From IMG/VR virus record IMGVR_UViG_3300031957_002643, positions 186,001 to 250,000 of that record: 64,000 nucleotides of DNA; one strand, written 5' to 3'. How positions within the stretch are numbered: the first letter of the stretch is position 1; every line of letters starts with the position of its first letter. The position numbers and the translations under genes were made by a program. The notes under the pieces were generated by a model, which worked only from the letters and a program-made list of their open reading frames with translations, made no database searches and was not told where the DNA came from. Of the stretch, positions 18,571-27,496 are shown in pieces.

Positions 18571-19110
18571 GTGATGAGTAAAAAGATAATTCATTTGTCA
18601 GATCGTCATATAACTACGAATGGTGAAGTTGTTTTCACCTATGACGGGCTATTAAAACTCGCCAGAGATGGTAGAAACTTCCATGATTATTTAGTCGAAA
18701 AAGACAAGTATACTGATCTTTACAACAAGTACGGCTCAACACCTCTTTCATATTACGAAGAAGGAGAAAATGAAACATTTCCAAGTGTTGACTTATATCA
18801 ATGGAACACCCCCGAACCGTATTCTTCCATTGATCTAGAAGAATACTGTGCCGAACAGTTGGTTAATCACGATCTGACTAATGATCAATATCTGGAACGC
18901 CTGAGTATCGAATTGCAAGAATTCGAGGCACGCGGCATGGTCGAACTAACCCGACACCTGATTTACTTGAAGGACCATTTTGTTTCAAATGGTGTTGTTT
19001 GGGGGGTCGGCAGAGGATCAAGCTGTGCCAGCTTGGTATTGTATCTATTAGGAATCAATAAAATTGATCCTATTCTGTATGATATTCCGATGAATGAGTT
19101 TTTGAGATGA
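18571..19110 (+). CDS. DNA polymerase III alpha (DnaE)-like fragment
   Basis: Y.ERL..EL and GVGRGSSCASLVLYLLGI.KIDPI.Y.....EFL match the DnaE GRGS region; the ORF ends before the PDID catalytic motif. Confidence 0.8.
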   Translation: MMSKKIIHLSDRHITTNGEVVFTYDGLLKLARDGRNFHDYLVEKDKYTDLYNKYGSTPLSYYEEGENETFPSVDLYQWNTPEPYSSIDLEEYCAEQLVNHDLTNDQYLERLSIELQEFEARGMVELTRHLIYLKDHFVSNGVVWGVGRGSSCASLVLYLLGINKIDPILYDIPMNEFLR

Positions 19111-19769
19111 ATAGCTACGAAGTTGATGACAATGAAGTATTCCATGAAGTATTGAAATACTTGGAAGAAGAAATTTATGATGATAGAACAGGATTGTTTT
19201 ATAAAAGATCAGTAGAATTCTTCGAAACCTTGCTAAAACAATATCTTCAGATTAAATCTGGCAGTTGTAATGATGATCCTTTGTACGAACATATCAGAAA
19301 TCTATTAGAGAATGATCCGCCTTACACTATAAAAAATAGCATCGTCAAAAATGAGATAGCCACAGATTTGTATTGTGGAATGGAAGCGCTAAAGTCTGAT
19401 TTGAAGGAAGAGGCCGCAGAAGTGCCTATCTCATTCGTTGATGAAATAGAAATGGATATGTTTGATGCTGGGAGATTGAGAAGTCCTTCCAATTTCGTCC
19501 TCGAACCACAACAGACCGTGTTTTTAGATATGAAAATGAAGTTCGTGATCCCATCTGGATACGGATTATCGGTATTTTCGATTGACGATGATGTGATTAT
19601 TCACAATCCCCTATTCATGCCAGATCATGATGGTAAAATTCATCTCAAGTTCCTGATGTTTAATACTAAGCCCTCTACAATGATAAGTATATCTAAAGGT
19701 AGTCAAGTGGCTACCGCACGTCTTATCAAGCTTACAGAAATGACGAAGGTTGATATGGACTTAACTTAA
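19107..19769 (+). CDS. Protein with degenerate dUTPase-like C-terminal domain
   Basis: DAG.LRSP..FVLEP.QT......IPSGY and ISKGSQVA follow the trimeric dUTPase pattern, but RSG, G.ID.DY and motif V are absent. Confidence 0.55.
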   Translation: MNSYEVDDNEVFHEVLKYLEEEIYDDRTGLFYKRSVEFFETLLKQYLQIKSGSCNDDPLYEHIRNLLENDPPYTIKNSIVKNEIATDLYCGMEALKSDLKEEAAEVPISFVDEIEMDMFDAGRLRSPSNFVLEPQQTVFLDMKMKFVIPSGYGLSVFSIDDDVIIHNPLFMPDHDGKIHLKFLMFNTKPSTMISISKGSQVATARLIKLTEMTKVDMDLT

Positions 19770-19787
19770 TCATAAGAGGACATAATA

Positions 19788-20021
19788 ATGGCAAGGAGAG
19801 ATTGGTCATCAATCAAATCAGCCCATGCTTACATTTTACAATATTTGAGCGAGCATGAAACTGCGACCGAAAATTTATTAAATACACGTCACGATCCAGC
19901 GATTGTGAGTCAGTGTTTACAGCTTCTTGTGGAACGCGGAGTACTATTGTTGAAATTTGATGATAGGAAAACCGGAGTGGCGAGAAGAGTTTATACATTA
20001 GCTGAAGGAGTAAAAGTATAA
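19788..20021 (+). CDS. Hypothetical protein, possible winged-helix
   Basis: SD GAGGA; helix-LVERGVL-strand-RRVYTL pattern. Confidence 0.6.
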   Translation: MARRDWSSIKSAHAYILQYLSEHETATENLLNTRHDPAIVSQCLQLLVERGVLLLKFDDRKTGVARRVYTLAEGVKV

Positions 20022-20275
20022 TGGCTATTAGAAGTGCAAAAGGCAAAATGGTAGATTTCGATGATCTAAAAGCACGCGCAAACGCTCGTGCTCAACAAGA
20101 TGAGCAGGCAAATGAAAGTGCAGGACTATCGCGCCCAAGTGACACCTTCATTCCACCACAAGGAAATGCTACAGCGAGACCGGCAGTCAAAAAGCCCGTT
20201 CAAAAAGCCAAAGCAAAGAAATCCGAGAGCGATGTTGCTTCAGAAATCTTGGACGAACTGAAAACAAAAGATTGA
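20021..20275 (+). CDS. Hypothetical protein
   Basis: MAIRSAKGKMVDFDDL N-terminus; TAATG coupling. Confidence 0.7.
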   Translation: MAIRSAKGKMVDFDDLKARANARAQQDEQANESAGLSRPSDTFIPPQGNATARPAVKKPVQKAKAKKSESDVASEILDELKTKD

Positions 20276-20299
20276 CAGACTAACTATCTGTGATATCAT
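20272..20299 (+). promoter_or_regulatory. Sigma70-like promoter, leaderless
   Basis: TTGACA-16-TATCAT; ATG 20306 is 6 nt downstream with no SD. Confidence 0.6.
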
Positions 20300-20305
20300 A
20301 ACAAT

Positions 20306-21133
20306 ATGATTTATTATGCCATCGGTGACATACATGGAATGTATGATCATCTTCAATCAATGTTGTCTAGAATCAAACTTCATCACGGGCGTGAGTATCC
20401 GAATGAAGAATATCAAATTGTGCTTCTCGGAGACTATGTTGACCGGGGGGCACAATCAAAACAAGTCATTGATTATCTGATTGAACATCAGGAGAAAGAC
20501 AATCTCATCGTTCTGCCCGGAAATCATGAGCAAATGATGCTTGGTATGATTGAAGAATATGATGATGGTAGTTTTGAAAAATATATGATCTGGTGGGCTA
20601 GAAATGGTGGCTTTCGGACCCTTCAGTCATATTTCCCAGAAGATCACCCATCAAGAACGCCCGCCAACTGGATGAGCAGACAAAATTGTCGTGATTGGTC
20701 CGATGAGTGGAAGAACAAGTTCCCAGAACATCACAAATTCTTGGAAACCGTCTTGTTTGGTGGGTATTCGCCAAACAAGACGGTGTATTTTCTAGATTAT
20801 GAAGATCGCATCATGTTTGTACATGCTGGTGTTATTCCGGCCAAAGAACTCAGCCAGCACAATGGGCAAGAATTGCTTTGGTCTCGGGACGCCAGCTTCT
20901 TGACAGATTCAGTAAAATGGATCGAAGAAACCGTAGACATGGTTGTCCATGGTCATACGCCGATGGTGGAGACCGCACGATTTGGCGCTCATCGTTCTGG
21001 TCTCGATGCTGGTGTGTTCTCGACTGGTGAATTGTGCTGTGGTGTGTTTGTAGACGGGGAGCGGGTGGACACTCTGTATGTAGAAGGCCCACCCGCGAAT
21101 TATCATCCGCCGTCAGAGTTTACGAGATACTAA
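20306..21133 (+). CDS. Calcineurin-like metallophosphoesterase (lambda-PP/PrpA Ser/Thr phosphatase type)
   Basis: GDIHG, GDYVDRG, GNHE, FVHAG and HGHTP motifs. Confidence 0.9.
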   Translation: MIYYAIGDIHGMYDHLQSMLSRIKLHHGREYPNEEYQIVLLGDYVDRGAQSKQVIDYLIEHQEKDNLIVLPGNHEQMMLGMIEEYDDGSFEKYMIWWARNGGFRTLQSYFPEDHPSRTPANWMSRQNCRDWSDEWKNKFPEHHKFLETVLFGGYSPNKTVYFLDYEDRIMFVHAGVIPAKELSQHNGQELLWSRDASFLTDSVKWIEETVDMVVHGHTPMVETARFGAHRSGLDAGVFSTGELCCGVFVDGERVDTLYVEGPPANYHPPSEFTRY

Positions 21134-21527
21134 TCTTCTTGGCTGAAGATTTAGGCTCTACTCGCTCAAGACTAATGGTAAGAATACCATTTTCGAAAGT
21201 CGCGGCCGCGACAACGATATCATTCATGAGTCGGAATACACTCTTGAACGATCTGTTTGCAATGCCTTGATGAATATATTCATCGGAAGACACGCCATCA
21301 TCTGTTGACGCCTTTTCGATGACCAACAGTCCCTTATCTTCGGTAATGTTGATATCATCCTGATCATATCCAGCTAGAGCCATTTCAATGGAATAATTGG
21401 TATCGTTGTGTCTGATCAGGTTGTAAGGTGGGAAATTTGGGCTTTTACCGTAAGGGAAACCCGTGATGTTGTTGTCGAAACCAATAAAATGCTTCAACAG
21501 TTCATCAGTAGTAAGTGATCTTGTCAT
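21120..21527 (-). CDS. Small heat shock protein (Hsp20/IbpA family)
   Basis: FIGFD, NFPPYNL, IEMALAG, YIHQGIANRSF and A.FENGILTI; start at 21527 behind SD AAGGAG. Confidence 0.9.
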   Translation of the reverse strand: MTRSLTTDELLKHFIGFDNNITGFPYGKSPNFPPYNLIRHNDTNYSIEMALAGYDQDDINITEDKGLLVIEKASTDDGVSSDEYIHQGIANRSFKSVFRLMNDIVVAAATFENGILTISLERVEPKSSAKKISIS

Positions 21528-21589
21528 GTTTATAATTCTCCTTTGAGCAATTATCACCAGAACGCCTTCAGTAAGCGCGTCCCATGTCA
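21528..21589 (-). promoter_or_regulatory. ROSE-like RNA thermometer in hsp20 5' UTR
   Basis: Minus strand UUGCUC-AAAG-GAGAA hairpin (21536-21550) pairs the SD with a bulged G; TATAAATA at 21590-21597. Confidence 0.65.
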
Positions 21590-21627
21590 TATTTATAGGG
21601 TGAGACGCACGAATACTAGAGGAACCT

Positions 21628-21978
21628 ATGAATAATTTTCCAGTAGAACCAGTAAGCAATTGGATCGCTGTCGATCTAATAGATACAGGCGCTAAAGTAC
21701 TACAAAGTGGGATCATCATCCAAGATGATGACATGAAAAAGCATGGCATCAGACCACGCTGGGCGAAAGTTATTGCCGTTGGGCCAGATGTCCACAAAGA
21801 GGGAGACATCAATCCGGGCAATTTTCTTTTGTTGGAGCATTTGGGATGGACCCGTGCTATTGATGTTGATATGGACGGTGAAGACACCAAGGTATATTGG
21901 ACCATTCCCGAAAAAGTGGTTCTGATCTCGGATGAGACGGATGAAAAGAAACTTCCTCTAGTAACGGCAGAGCAATGA
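21628..21978 (+). CDS. GroES-like co-chaperonin
   Basis: VEPVSNWIAV, SGIII, AKVIAVGP and INPGNFLL match the Cpn10 pattern. Confidence 0.75.
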   Translation: MNNFPVEPVSNWIAVDLIDTGAKVLQSGIIIQDDDMKKHGIRPRWAKVIAVGPDVHKEGDINPGNFLLLEHLGWTRAIDVDMDGEDTKVYWTIPEKVVLISDETDEKKLPLVTAEQ

Positions 21979-22892
21979 TTCCTGATCTTTGGGTAGACAA
22001 ATACAAACCTATGACGATTGACGATTATGTCTTTCAGAATGAAGAAGATCGTCAACGTATCAAGGAATGGATCAAACAGGGTTGGACCGATAACCTGATC
22101 CTTGCTGGTCCTCCCGGCACAGGAAAAACCTCTCTCATTCGTGTAGTGCTGAATGAGATTGGTGTTGATCATGATGACTTCTTAAAAATCAACGCCGCTC
22201 GTGCCGGTACTGTTGATACCATCAAAGGCACAATCACAGACTTCATTCAAACAGGCGGATGGTCTTCCCTGTATCGTTATATCGTATTGAATGAGGCTGA
22301 CGGTATGACGGCAGTTGCACAGCCGATGTTGAATGACGACATGGAAGAGTATTCGGATACTATTCGATGGATGCTCACGACAAACAAGCTGCACAAAATC
22401 ATTAATCCCGTTCAAGATAGATGCACAGTAATCAAAATCGATGCTCCTGATCAGGAACAATTGATCAATCGTATGCTCTTCATTTTGGAGCAAGAGAAGA
22501 TACCAGTGGATGATGATTCACTGGCTATTGTGGCGGACATCATCGATAACAATTATCCGTCTGTCCGAAAATGCGTTCGTGCCCTACAAAATTCTGTGGT
22601 CAATGGTCGTTTGCAATTGATCAAGCAGGAGGTTGTTGACGAAACATGGAAGCATGAGATTGTTGATGCGTTCAAATCCAATGATCTTCAATACGCCCGA
22701 AACATGATCCGTCAAAACATGACTCGTGATGATATCGAAGGCTATATCGTGTGGCTCGCAAATCATCTAGAGTTGTTTGATAATCAACTGATGGCTCTCG
22801 GTAAACTGAGAGAAGCACTAATTGCTAATCCTACAGTAGCAGACCCGGAAATCAATCTTTCTGCAACTTTGGGATTAATTACACAAGGATAA
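21975..22892 (+). CDS. Clamp loader AAA+ subunit (T4 gp44/RFC small-like)
   Basis: LWVDKYKP, GPPGTGKT, NEAD and DRC (SRC-like) motifs. Confidence 0.9.
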   Translation: MIPDLWVDKYKPMTIDDYVFQNEEDRQRIKEWIKQGWTDNLILAGPPGTGKTSLIRVVLNEIGVDHDDFLKINAARAGTVDTIKGTITDFIQTGGWSSLYRYIVLNEADGMTAVAQPMLNDDMEEYSDTIRWMLTTNKLHKIINPVQDRCTVIKIDAPDQEQLINRMLFILEQEKIPVDDDSLAIVADIIDNNYPSVRKCVRALQNSVVNGRLQLIKQEVVDETWKHEIVDAFKSNDLQYARNMIRQNMTRDDIEGYIVWLANHLELFDNQLMALGKLREALIANPTVADPEINLSATLGLITQG

Positions 22893-22897
22893 CAACC

Positions 22898-23320
22898 ATG
22901 CATAAAAATACCACAACATATGTGTCTTACCTTTATCCCGGTTCATTCTTTCCAGAAACCCAAACCGAACAGGTCGAACGAAGAGAACCAGAAGAGCTAA
23001 TCAAGAACATGAAAAATGGATGCTACGCATTCTTTTATCATGATCGTACTACGGTTGTTGATGACGAGGGGAACGAGTTCGTAGGAGAAACAGAGAACCG
23101 CTCAAAGAGATACGTGTTTGTGGATAGCATCTATAACACTGATGACATTAAGAAAATGAATACATCTGGTCGGCACGACATTCTATTAGGAAATATGAAG
23201 TCTAATGGTTGGGATAAGGTAGTCAAAACCAATCAAGGAAATTTCCAACCGTTTGATAGTACTGAAGAATACATAATGATGGAGAAGGTATCGTTTATTA
23301 GACCGGGATTGTATGGGTAA
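22898..23320 (+). CDS. Hypothetical protein
   Basis: 140-aa ORF with SD AAGGA. Confidence 0.7.
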   Translation: MHKNTTTYVSYLYPGSFFPETQTEQVERREPEELIKNMKNGCYAFFYHDRTTVVDDEGNEFVGETENRSKRYVFVDSIYNTDDIKKMNTSGRHDILLGNMKSNGWDKVVKTNQGNFQPFDSTEEYIMMEKVSFIRPGLYG

Positions 23321-23367
23321 AGAGAATACTAATACCTACTAAGTATATGGATACGGAGAATATTGAT

Positions 23368-23634
23368 ATGTCAAAATCAACAATTAACAATAGTTTGTAT
23401 GATGGTTTAACACCCTCGGAAGCTTTGAGAAAGTTGAATAGAAGATATATTAGAAAAGAAGAGTGTAAAGATATGCTTGATAAAGTGGCTGAGTATATCG
23501 AAGAATTGGAATCTCGTTCTATCGGAAATGATACTGATCACAAGATTGATCGTCTTACTAAAACGATTACTTCTGTATCTTCCCAACTGGAAGATATCGA
23601 ACTTACCTTAGAAAATCTTCAAGAAGCAAGCTAA
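23368..23634 (+). CDS. Hypothetical coiled-coil protein
   Basis: SD GGAG before ATG 23368 (alternative start 23347). Confidence 0.6.
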   Translation: MSKSTINNSLYDGLTPSEALRKLNRRYIRKEECKDMLDKVAEYIEELESRSIGNDTDHKIDRLTKTITSVSSQLEDIELTLENLQEAS

Positions 23635-23668
23635 TATTCCTATTACTGATTTGACATATTGTTAAATA

Positions 23669-23750
23669 AATTTGTGAGCAGAAAAGTCGTAAACCTCTAT
23701 CGCGGCAAAAAACAATCCTTCACCTCTCCCCTGAAGGACGCTCACAAAAT
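23669..23750 (+). ncRNA. Candidate structured RNA (three-way junction) upstream of phoH
   Basis: TTTGTGAGC/GCTCACAAA closing stem with two inner hairpins whose loops both contain CCTCT. Confidence 0.5.
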
Positions 23751-23778
23751 TGACTCTCAGAAAATAAGGAAATCCGAT

Positions 23779-24453
23779 ATGTCAAAGAAAAAAGCCGCTC
23801 GTGCTTTGCGCGAGGACACGTCGCTATGCGTCATTACCCCAAGAACCCGCAGTCAGAAGAAATTCATGGACTCAATTAATGAGAACAAGATCACATTCGG
23901 TACAGGCTCAGCAGGTTCAGGTAAAACATATATTGCGGCGATGATGGCGGCGGATGCATTACAACGCGGGTTGTGTCGCAAGATTATTGTCTGCCGACCA
24001 ATTATTGAAGCTGGTGGTGAAAAGCTTGGTTTCCTTCCGGGCGATCTGGAAGAAAAGTGTGAGCCATACTTGAAGCCGCTCTTTGATGTGTTTGAATTAT
24101 ATTGGTATAAATCAAACGGTCACTTTAGGAATTTGATGAACAGTGGTCGAATTGAAATCTGCCCACTTGCTTACATGCGTGGGCGTAACTTTGAAGACGT
24201 GTGGATTCTATGTGACGAAGCACAGAACATGAACGCCAATATGATGAAAATGCTTCTAACTCGTATCTCTACGGGTTCAAAGCTCATCATTACAGGTGAC
24301 CCAAGGCAACGTGACCGCGCAGATGCCGATGGCTTTGAGATGGCAACGAACAGGTTGGACGATTGTCCAGAAATCGGGTTCGTGAAATTCCATCACGAAG
24401 ACGTACAGCGAGAAGAAGTCGTTAAAAACATTCTTGATCGCTGGGAAGATTAA
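23779..24453 (+). CDS. phoH: PhoH family ATPase
   Basis: GSAGSGKT, RP.IEAG.EKLGFLPGDL.EK, LAYMRGR, DEAQN and GDPRQ; SD AAGGA before 23779. Confidence 0.93.
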   Translation: MSKKKAARALREDTSLCVITPRTRSQKKFMDSINENKITFGTGSAGSGKTYIAAMMAADALQRGLCRKIIVCRPIIEAGGEKLGFLPGDLEEKCEPYLKPLFDVFELYWYKSNGHFRNLMNSGRIEICPLAYMRGRNFEDVWILCDEAQNMNANMMKMLLTRISTGSKLIITGDPRQRDRADADGFEMATNRLDDCPEIGFVKFHHEDVQREEVVKNILDRWED

Positions 24454-24459
24454 GAGATT

Positions 24460-24491
24460 ATGGGCCGGGTGTTTCTCATCCGGCCCATTTT
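24460..24491 (+). terminator. Rho-independent terminator
   Basis: ATGGGCCGGGTG-TTTCT-CATCCGGCCCAT followed by TTT, directly after phoH. Confidence 0.8.
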
Positions 24492-24493
24492 AC

Positions 24494-24501
24494 TATAAAT
24501 A
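24494..24501 (+). promoter_or_regulatory. T4-late-type promoter TATAAATA
   Basis: Exact T4 late consensus right after a terminator, 5 nt before ATG 24507. Confidence 0.7.
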
Positions 24502-24506
24502 TCTTC

Positions 24507-25022
24507 ATGGAAGATTTTGATATACTAATCGAAGCACTTACTAATGGTGCTCCTGAAGATGAAGTAACCGATATTCTCAATGAGAATAAATTCGATGAAG
24601 AGCATCGGGAGACCCAAAGTTATTACCTGCTTCTATTTGAACAATACATAGATGAGTGTTCTGCATACTCCTTTAAAGGATGGGATGACCTCAAAGTCTA
24701 TGGTGAACCAAAAATTGAAAAATTCTGGTTTGAAGTTAAGCTGTTAGCGCCTGACAATATTGATTACGAGAGCGGTATTAAGCGCATCCTTGGTCAGTAT
24801 AAACAAAACAAAGCAGTAATGAAGACCATTAACAATGGTTCTAAAATAATAAAAATAAGAATTCTTCGGTCCATTCTTGATGAACTCGAAGACAGAAATA
24901 GAAAACTCGCTAGAAAAGAAGCCGAAGATCAAGGTTATGCACCGCAGGAGGAGCCACCACAGGACAATCAACAGGGTGGTGATGAATTTGGTGGTGATGA
25001 ATTTGGTCAGGAAAGTTTCTAA
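24507..25022 (+). CDS. Hypothetical acidic protein
   Basis: 171-aa ORF. Confidence 0.7.
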   Translation: MEDFDILIEALTNGAPEDEVTDILNENKFDEEHRETQSYYLLLFEQYIDECSAYSFKGWDDLKVYGEPKIEKFWFEVKLLAPDNIDYESGIKRILGQYKQNKAVMKTINNGSKIIKIRILRSILDELEDRNRKLARKEAEDQGYAPQEEPPQDNQQGGDEFGGDEFGQESF

Positions 25023-25034
25023 TGGAGGATTTGG

Positions 25035-25610
25035 ATGATCGAAATCAAAGAGAACAAATTTTACATCAAGTCTGTAAACACGGGCGAAGCAACCTTCAAT
25101 AAATCATTCGATACATTTGGTGCTGCGACATCCTTCATTAAAAAACAAGTTCTTAGTGAATTCTTTGAAGTTGATTTCAATCATCCAAGCCAACGAATTA
25201 GAAGAATGCTGACCGAAGGACTAGGACAAGGCGATCTAATCGATCTTCTAATGCCTAGAATTTCGTTTGATGAGTATGTTTCAAACAATGATAATAACAA
25301 TATTGTTTTGGCCTTCTTCGTCCTTAATGAACCACTGGCTGTGGAACCATTAGAGAAGTTTTGTTCGAAGATACCGGGAGTAGTTGATGTGGACTCGTCC
25401 GATTCCGACACCATCTCAAATGCTAGTATCGTTTATGTCGAATTCAAGAGAGAAGATGATTCTAAAGAACAAATCAAGGGACTGATTGAAGATATTTCAA
25501 AGGTTTCAAATATACCATTAGAAGATTTTGGTGTTTCGTTTCCTAGTAGGGAAGAAAGGTTTCCATATAGTGAAGAGTTGATCGATCTGTATTTTATGAA
25601 AATGGTGTAG
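25035..25610 (+). CDS. Hypothetical protein
   Basis: 191-aa ORF with SD GGAGG. Confidence 0.7.
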   Translation: MIEIKENKFYIKSVNTGEATFNKSFDTFGAATSFIKKQVLSEFFEVDFNHPSQRIRRMLTEGLGQGDLIDLLMPRISFDEYVSNNDNNNIVLAFFVLNEPLAVEPLEKFCSKIPGVVDVDSSDSDTISNASIVYVEFKREDDSKEQIKGLIEDISKVSNIPLEDFGVSFPSREERFPYSEELIDLYFMKMV

Positions 25611-25612
25611 TT

Positions 25613-26074
25613 ATGGGTATTGGAATGTTATTAGGTTTGTTTGGGAGAATACCCTATGCTGGTAGGTTCTTGGGCAGTAAATGGTTTTGGATCATATTGT
25701 TAGTTGGCGGAACCATTTGGTTCGTGGATAATACCATTGATGAGTACGGAGATCGTATTCGTGAACAGATTACAACTCAGATTCGCGCCAACGAATATAA
25801 GAATGAGGTTGACAGATTGAATTTGGAGCGAGAAAGTCTCATTGAATTGCAACAAGCACAAGATGAACGAATTGAAGAGTTGACAAGACAACGAGAAAGT
25901 GATCGAATTGCATTTCAGCGTCGTCTAAACGATCTTAGAAATTCTGGTCTTGACGGTGGAACGATTGGACCATACCTTTCCGAAGCAGCCCGTCAGGCAA
26001 CTAGGCCTGATGGACTTGCATACGAAGATGTAATTATGGGACTTGAACATAATGGTTCGCAACCTGAAAATTAG
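25613..26074 (+). CDS. Putative inner-membrane spanin (Rz-like)
   Basis: N-terminal TM segment then a coiled coil; overlaps a downstream lipoprotein gene. Confidence 0.65.
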   Translation: MGIGMLLGLFGRIPYAGRFLGSKWFWIILLVGGTIWFVDNTIDEYGDRIREQITTQIRANEYKNEVDRLNLERESLIELQQAQDERIEELTRQRESDRIAFQRRLNDLRNSGLDGGTIGPYLSEAARQATRPDGLAYEDVIMGLEHNGSQPEN

Positions 26075-26435
26075 TATTATCGCCCTATCATGTATCGCCC
26101 TAACTGGATGCGGAACACTGTCAGGACTATTTGAAAGACCAGAAGAACCCGCAATCATTTATAGAACACAATACCGACCGGTGATTGTGCCTGATTCATT
26201 TTTCCAAGGATGTCCTCGTTATGTGAACCCGCCCCGCAGTGTTGCTGATGCAAGTACTGATAGTGAGCAAGAAGAAATCGAATTGGGCAATTGGATGACC
26301 ATAAACGAACAACGTTATGGTCAATGTGAAAGAACTATTGATGATATCAGAAACGAGCAGGATAGAATTGCCCAAACTATCGATGATTTGAATGCCACAT
26401 TGCAGGCTGTTCAAACCCAAGACAAAAACAGATAA
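26052..26435 (+). CDS. Putative outer-membrane spanin lipoprotein (Rz1-like)
   Basis: Signal peptide with lipobox ALTG-C; Pro-rich, with two further Cys. Confidence 0.65.
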   Translation: MVRNLKISIIALSCIALTGCGTLSGLFERPEEPAIIYRTQYRPVIVPDSFFQGCPRYVNPPRSVADASTDSEQEEIELGNWMTINEQRYGQCERTIDDIRNEQDRIAQTIDDLNATLQAVQTQDKNR

Positions 26436-26477
26436 CTTCACCCCGTTTGTCCTATAATCATACTACCACAGATCGCC

Positions 26478-27119
26478 ATGGAGAATATAATGGACGATAA
26501 GACCCGGATGATCCCAAGCAACTATCGTACTCCTGTTATCTTCGAAGCAGGAAAATACGGTGAACAAGCATGGGATGTCTTTTCTTGGCTTGCTCAAAAA
26601 CACAACAAAATTTACATTGATTCGGTAATCAATGATGAAATGGCCAATATGGTCTCTGGACAATTGTTTGCCTTCTCGTACAAAGGTACGAGCGAAGTTG
26701 AACTGGTAATCAATTCACCGGGTGGTAGTGTTGTGAGCCTTTTCACAATTCTTGATTGTATTGATCTTATCCGTAAAGGTAAGGCCAATATGACAATCAA
26801 AACCTCGTGCGTCGGTATGGCGGCATCTGCTGCTGCTGTTCTGCTGGCATATGGTGACAAGGGACATCGTTTGGCATCTAAACGTTCAACTATTATGTTG
26901 CATGATATGTCATATGGTATTGGTGGTACTCACAAAGATGTTGAATGTCAGCGAAAGCTTTCACTGCGTTTGCGTGAAGAAATCAAAGACGTTCTCTTAA
27001 ACAAGACCAACATCACAAAAGAACGTTTAGAACCTGAATTCATGGATCGTGATAATTATCTTGATCCTTTTGAAGCCAAGCAGTATGGTATCATCGACGG
27101 CATCAAGGAGAGCTTCTAA
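26478..27119 (+). CDS. clpP: ClpP-type protease subunit
   Basis: INSPGGSV, GMAASAAA, IMLH and RDNYL...EAKQYGIID. Confidence 0.9.
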   Translation: MENIMDDKTRMIPSNYRTPVIFEAGKYGEQAWDVFSWLAQKHNKIYIDSVINDEMANMVSGQLFAFSYKGTSEVELVINSPGGSVVSLFTILDCIDLIRKGKANMTIKTSCVGMAASAAAVLLAYGDKGHRLASKRSTIMLHDMSYGIGGTHKDVECQRKLSLRLREEIKDVLLNKTNITKERLEPEFMDRDNYLDPFEAKQYGIIDGIKESF

Positions 27120-27496
27120 TGGCCGATAATGATTTCGAAGTAGATGACGATTTTTGGGATAAAGTTGGAGAAGACAACGATCCCAAGAAAGTCTTTGGTA
27201 AAGCACTGAAAAATTGTGGTGCAATTTTCACGGAAACCGAAGATGGATATATCCGTGTAGAAAATTCTTGTCCGAACCTTGTTATGCACAAGGACGAGAA
27301 TTTCATGGAAATTTTCTGTACTAAATGCAGTGTGTCTGTTTCCGTTAGTGATATTAGAAATCTATCCGGTGAAGACCTTGGTCTTGATGATACTGATGTG
27401 TCCGAGAATGTAACGTCTGAAGCCAAAGATGGTGAATCCGACGACTTGGATGAATTTCTCGGTCTCGTCGAAAAAGGTGATGATAATATCTTCTGA
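27119..27496 (+). CDS. Hypothetical acidic protein with CxxC
   Basis: Coupled on both sides (TAATG, TGATG). Confidence 0.65.
   Translation: MADNDFEVDDDFWDKVGEDNDPKKVFGKALKNCGAIFTETEDGYIRVENSCPNLVMHKDENFMEIFCTKCSVSVSVSDIRNLSGEDLGLDDTDVSENVTSEAKDGESDDLDEFLGLVEKGDDNIF

Noticed and set aside
21528-22172. 350-aa version of the Hsp20 ORF in the ORF track
   Set aside because: The extension is antisense to groES and the clamp loader; SD, promoter and family length support ATG 21527
24975-25007. Tandem 15-bp repeat encoding GGDEF-GGDEF
   Set aside because: Lies in a disordered acidic C-terminal tail with no diguanylate cyclase domain around it; a low-complexity coincidence
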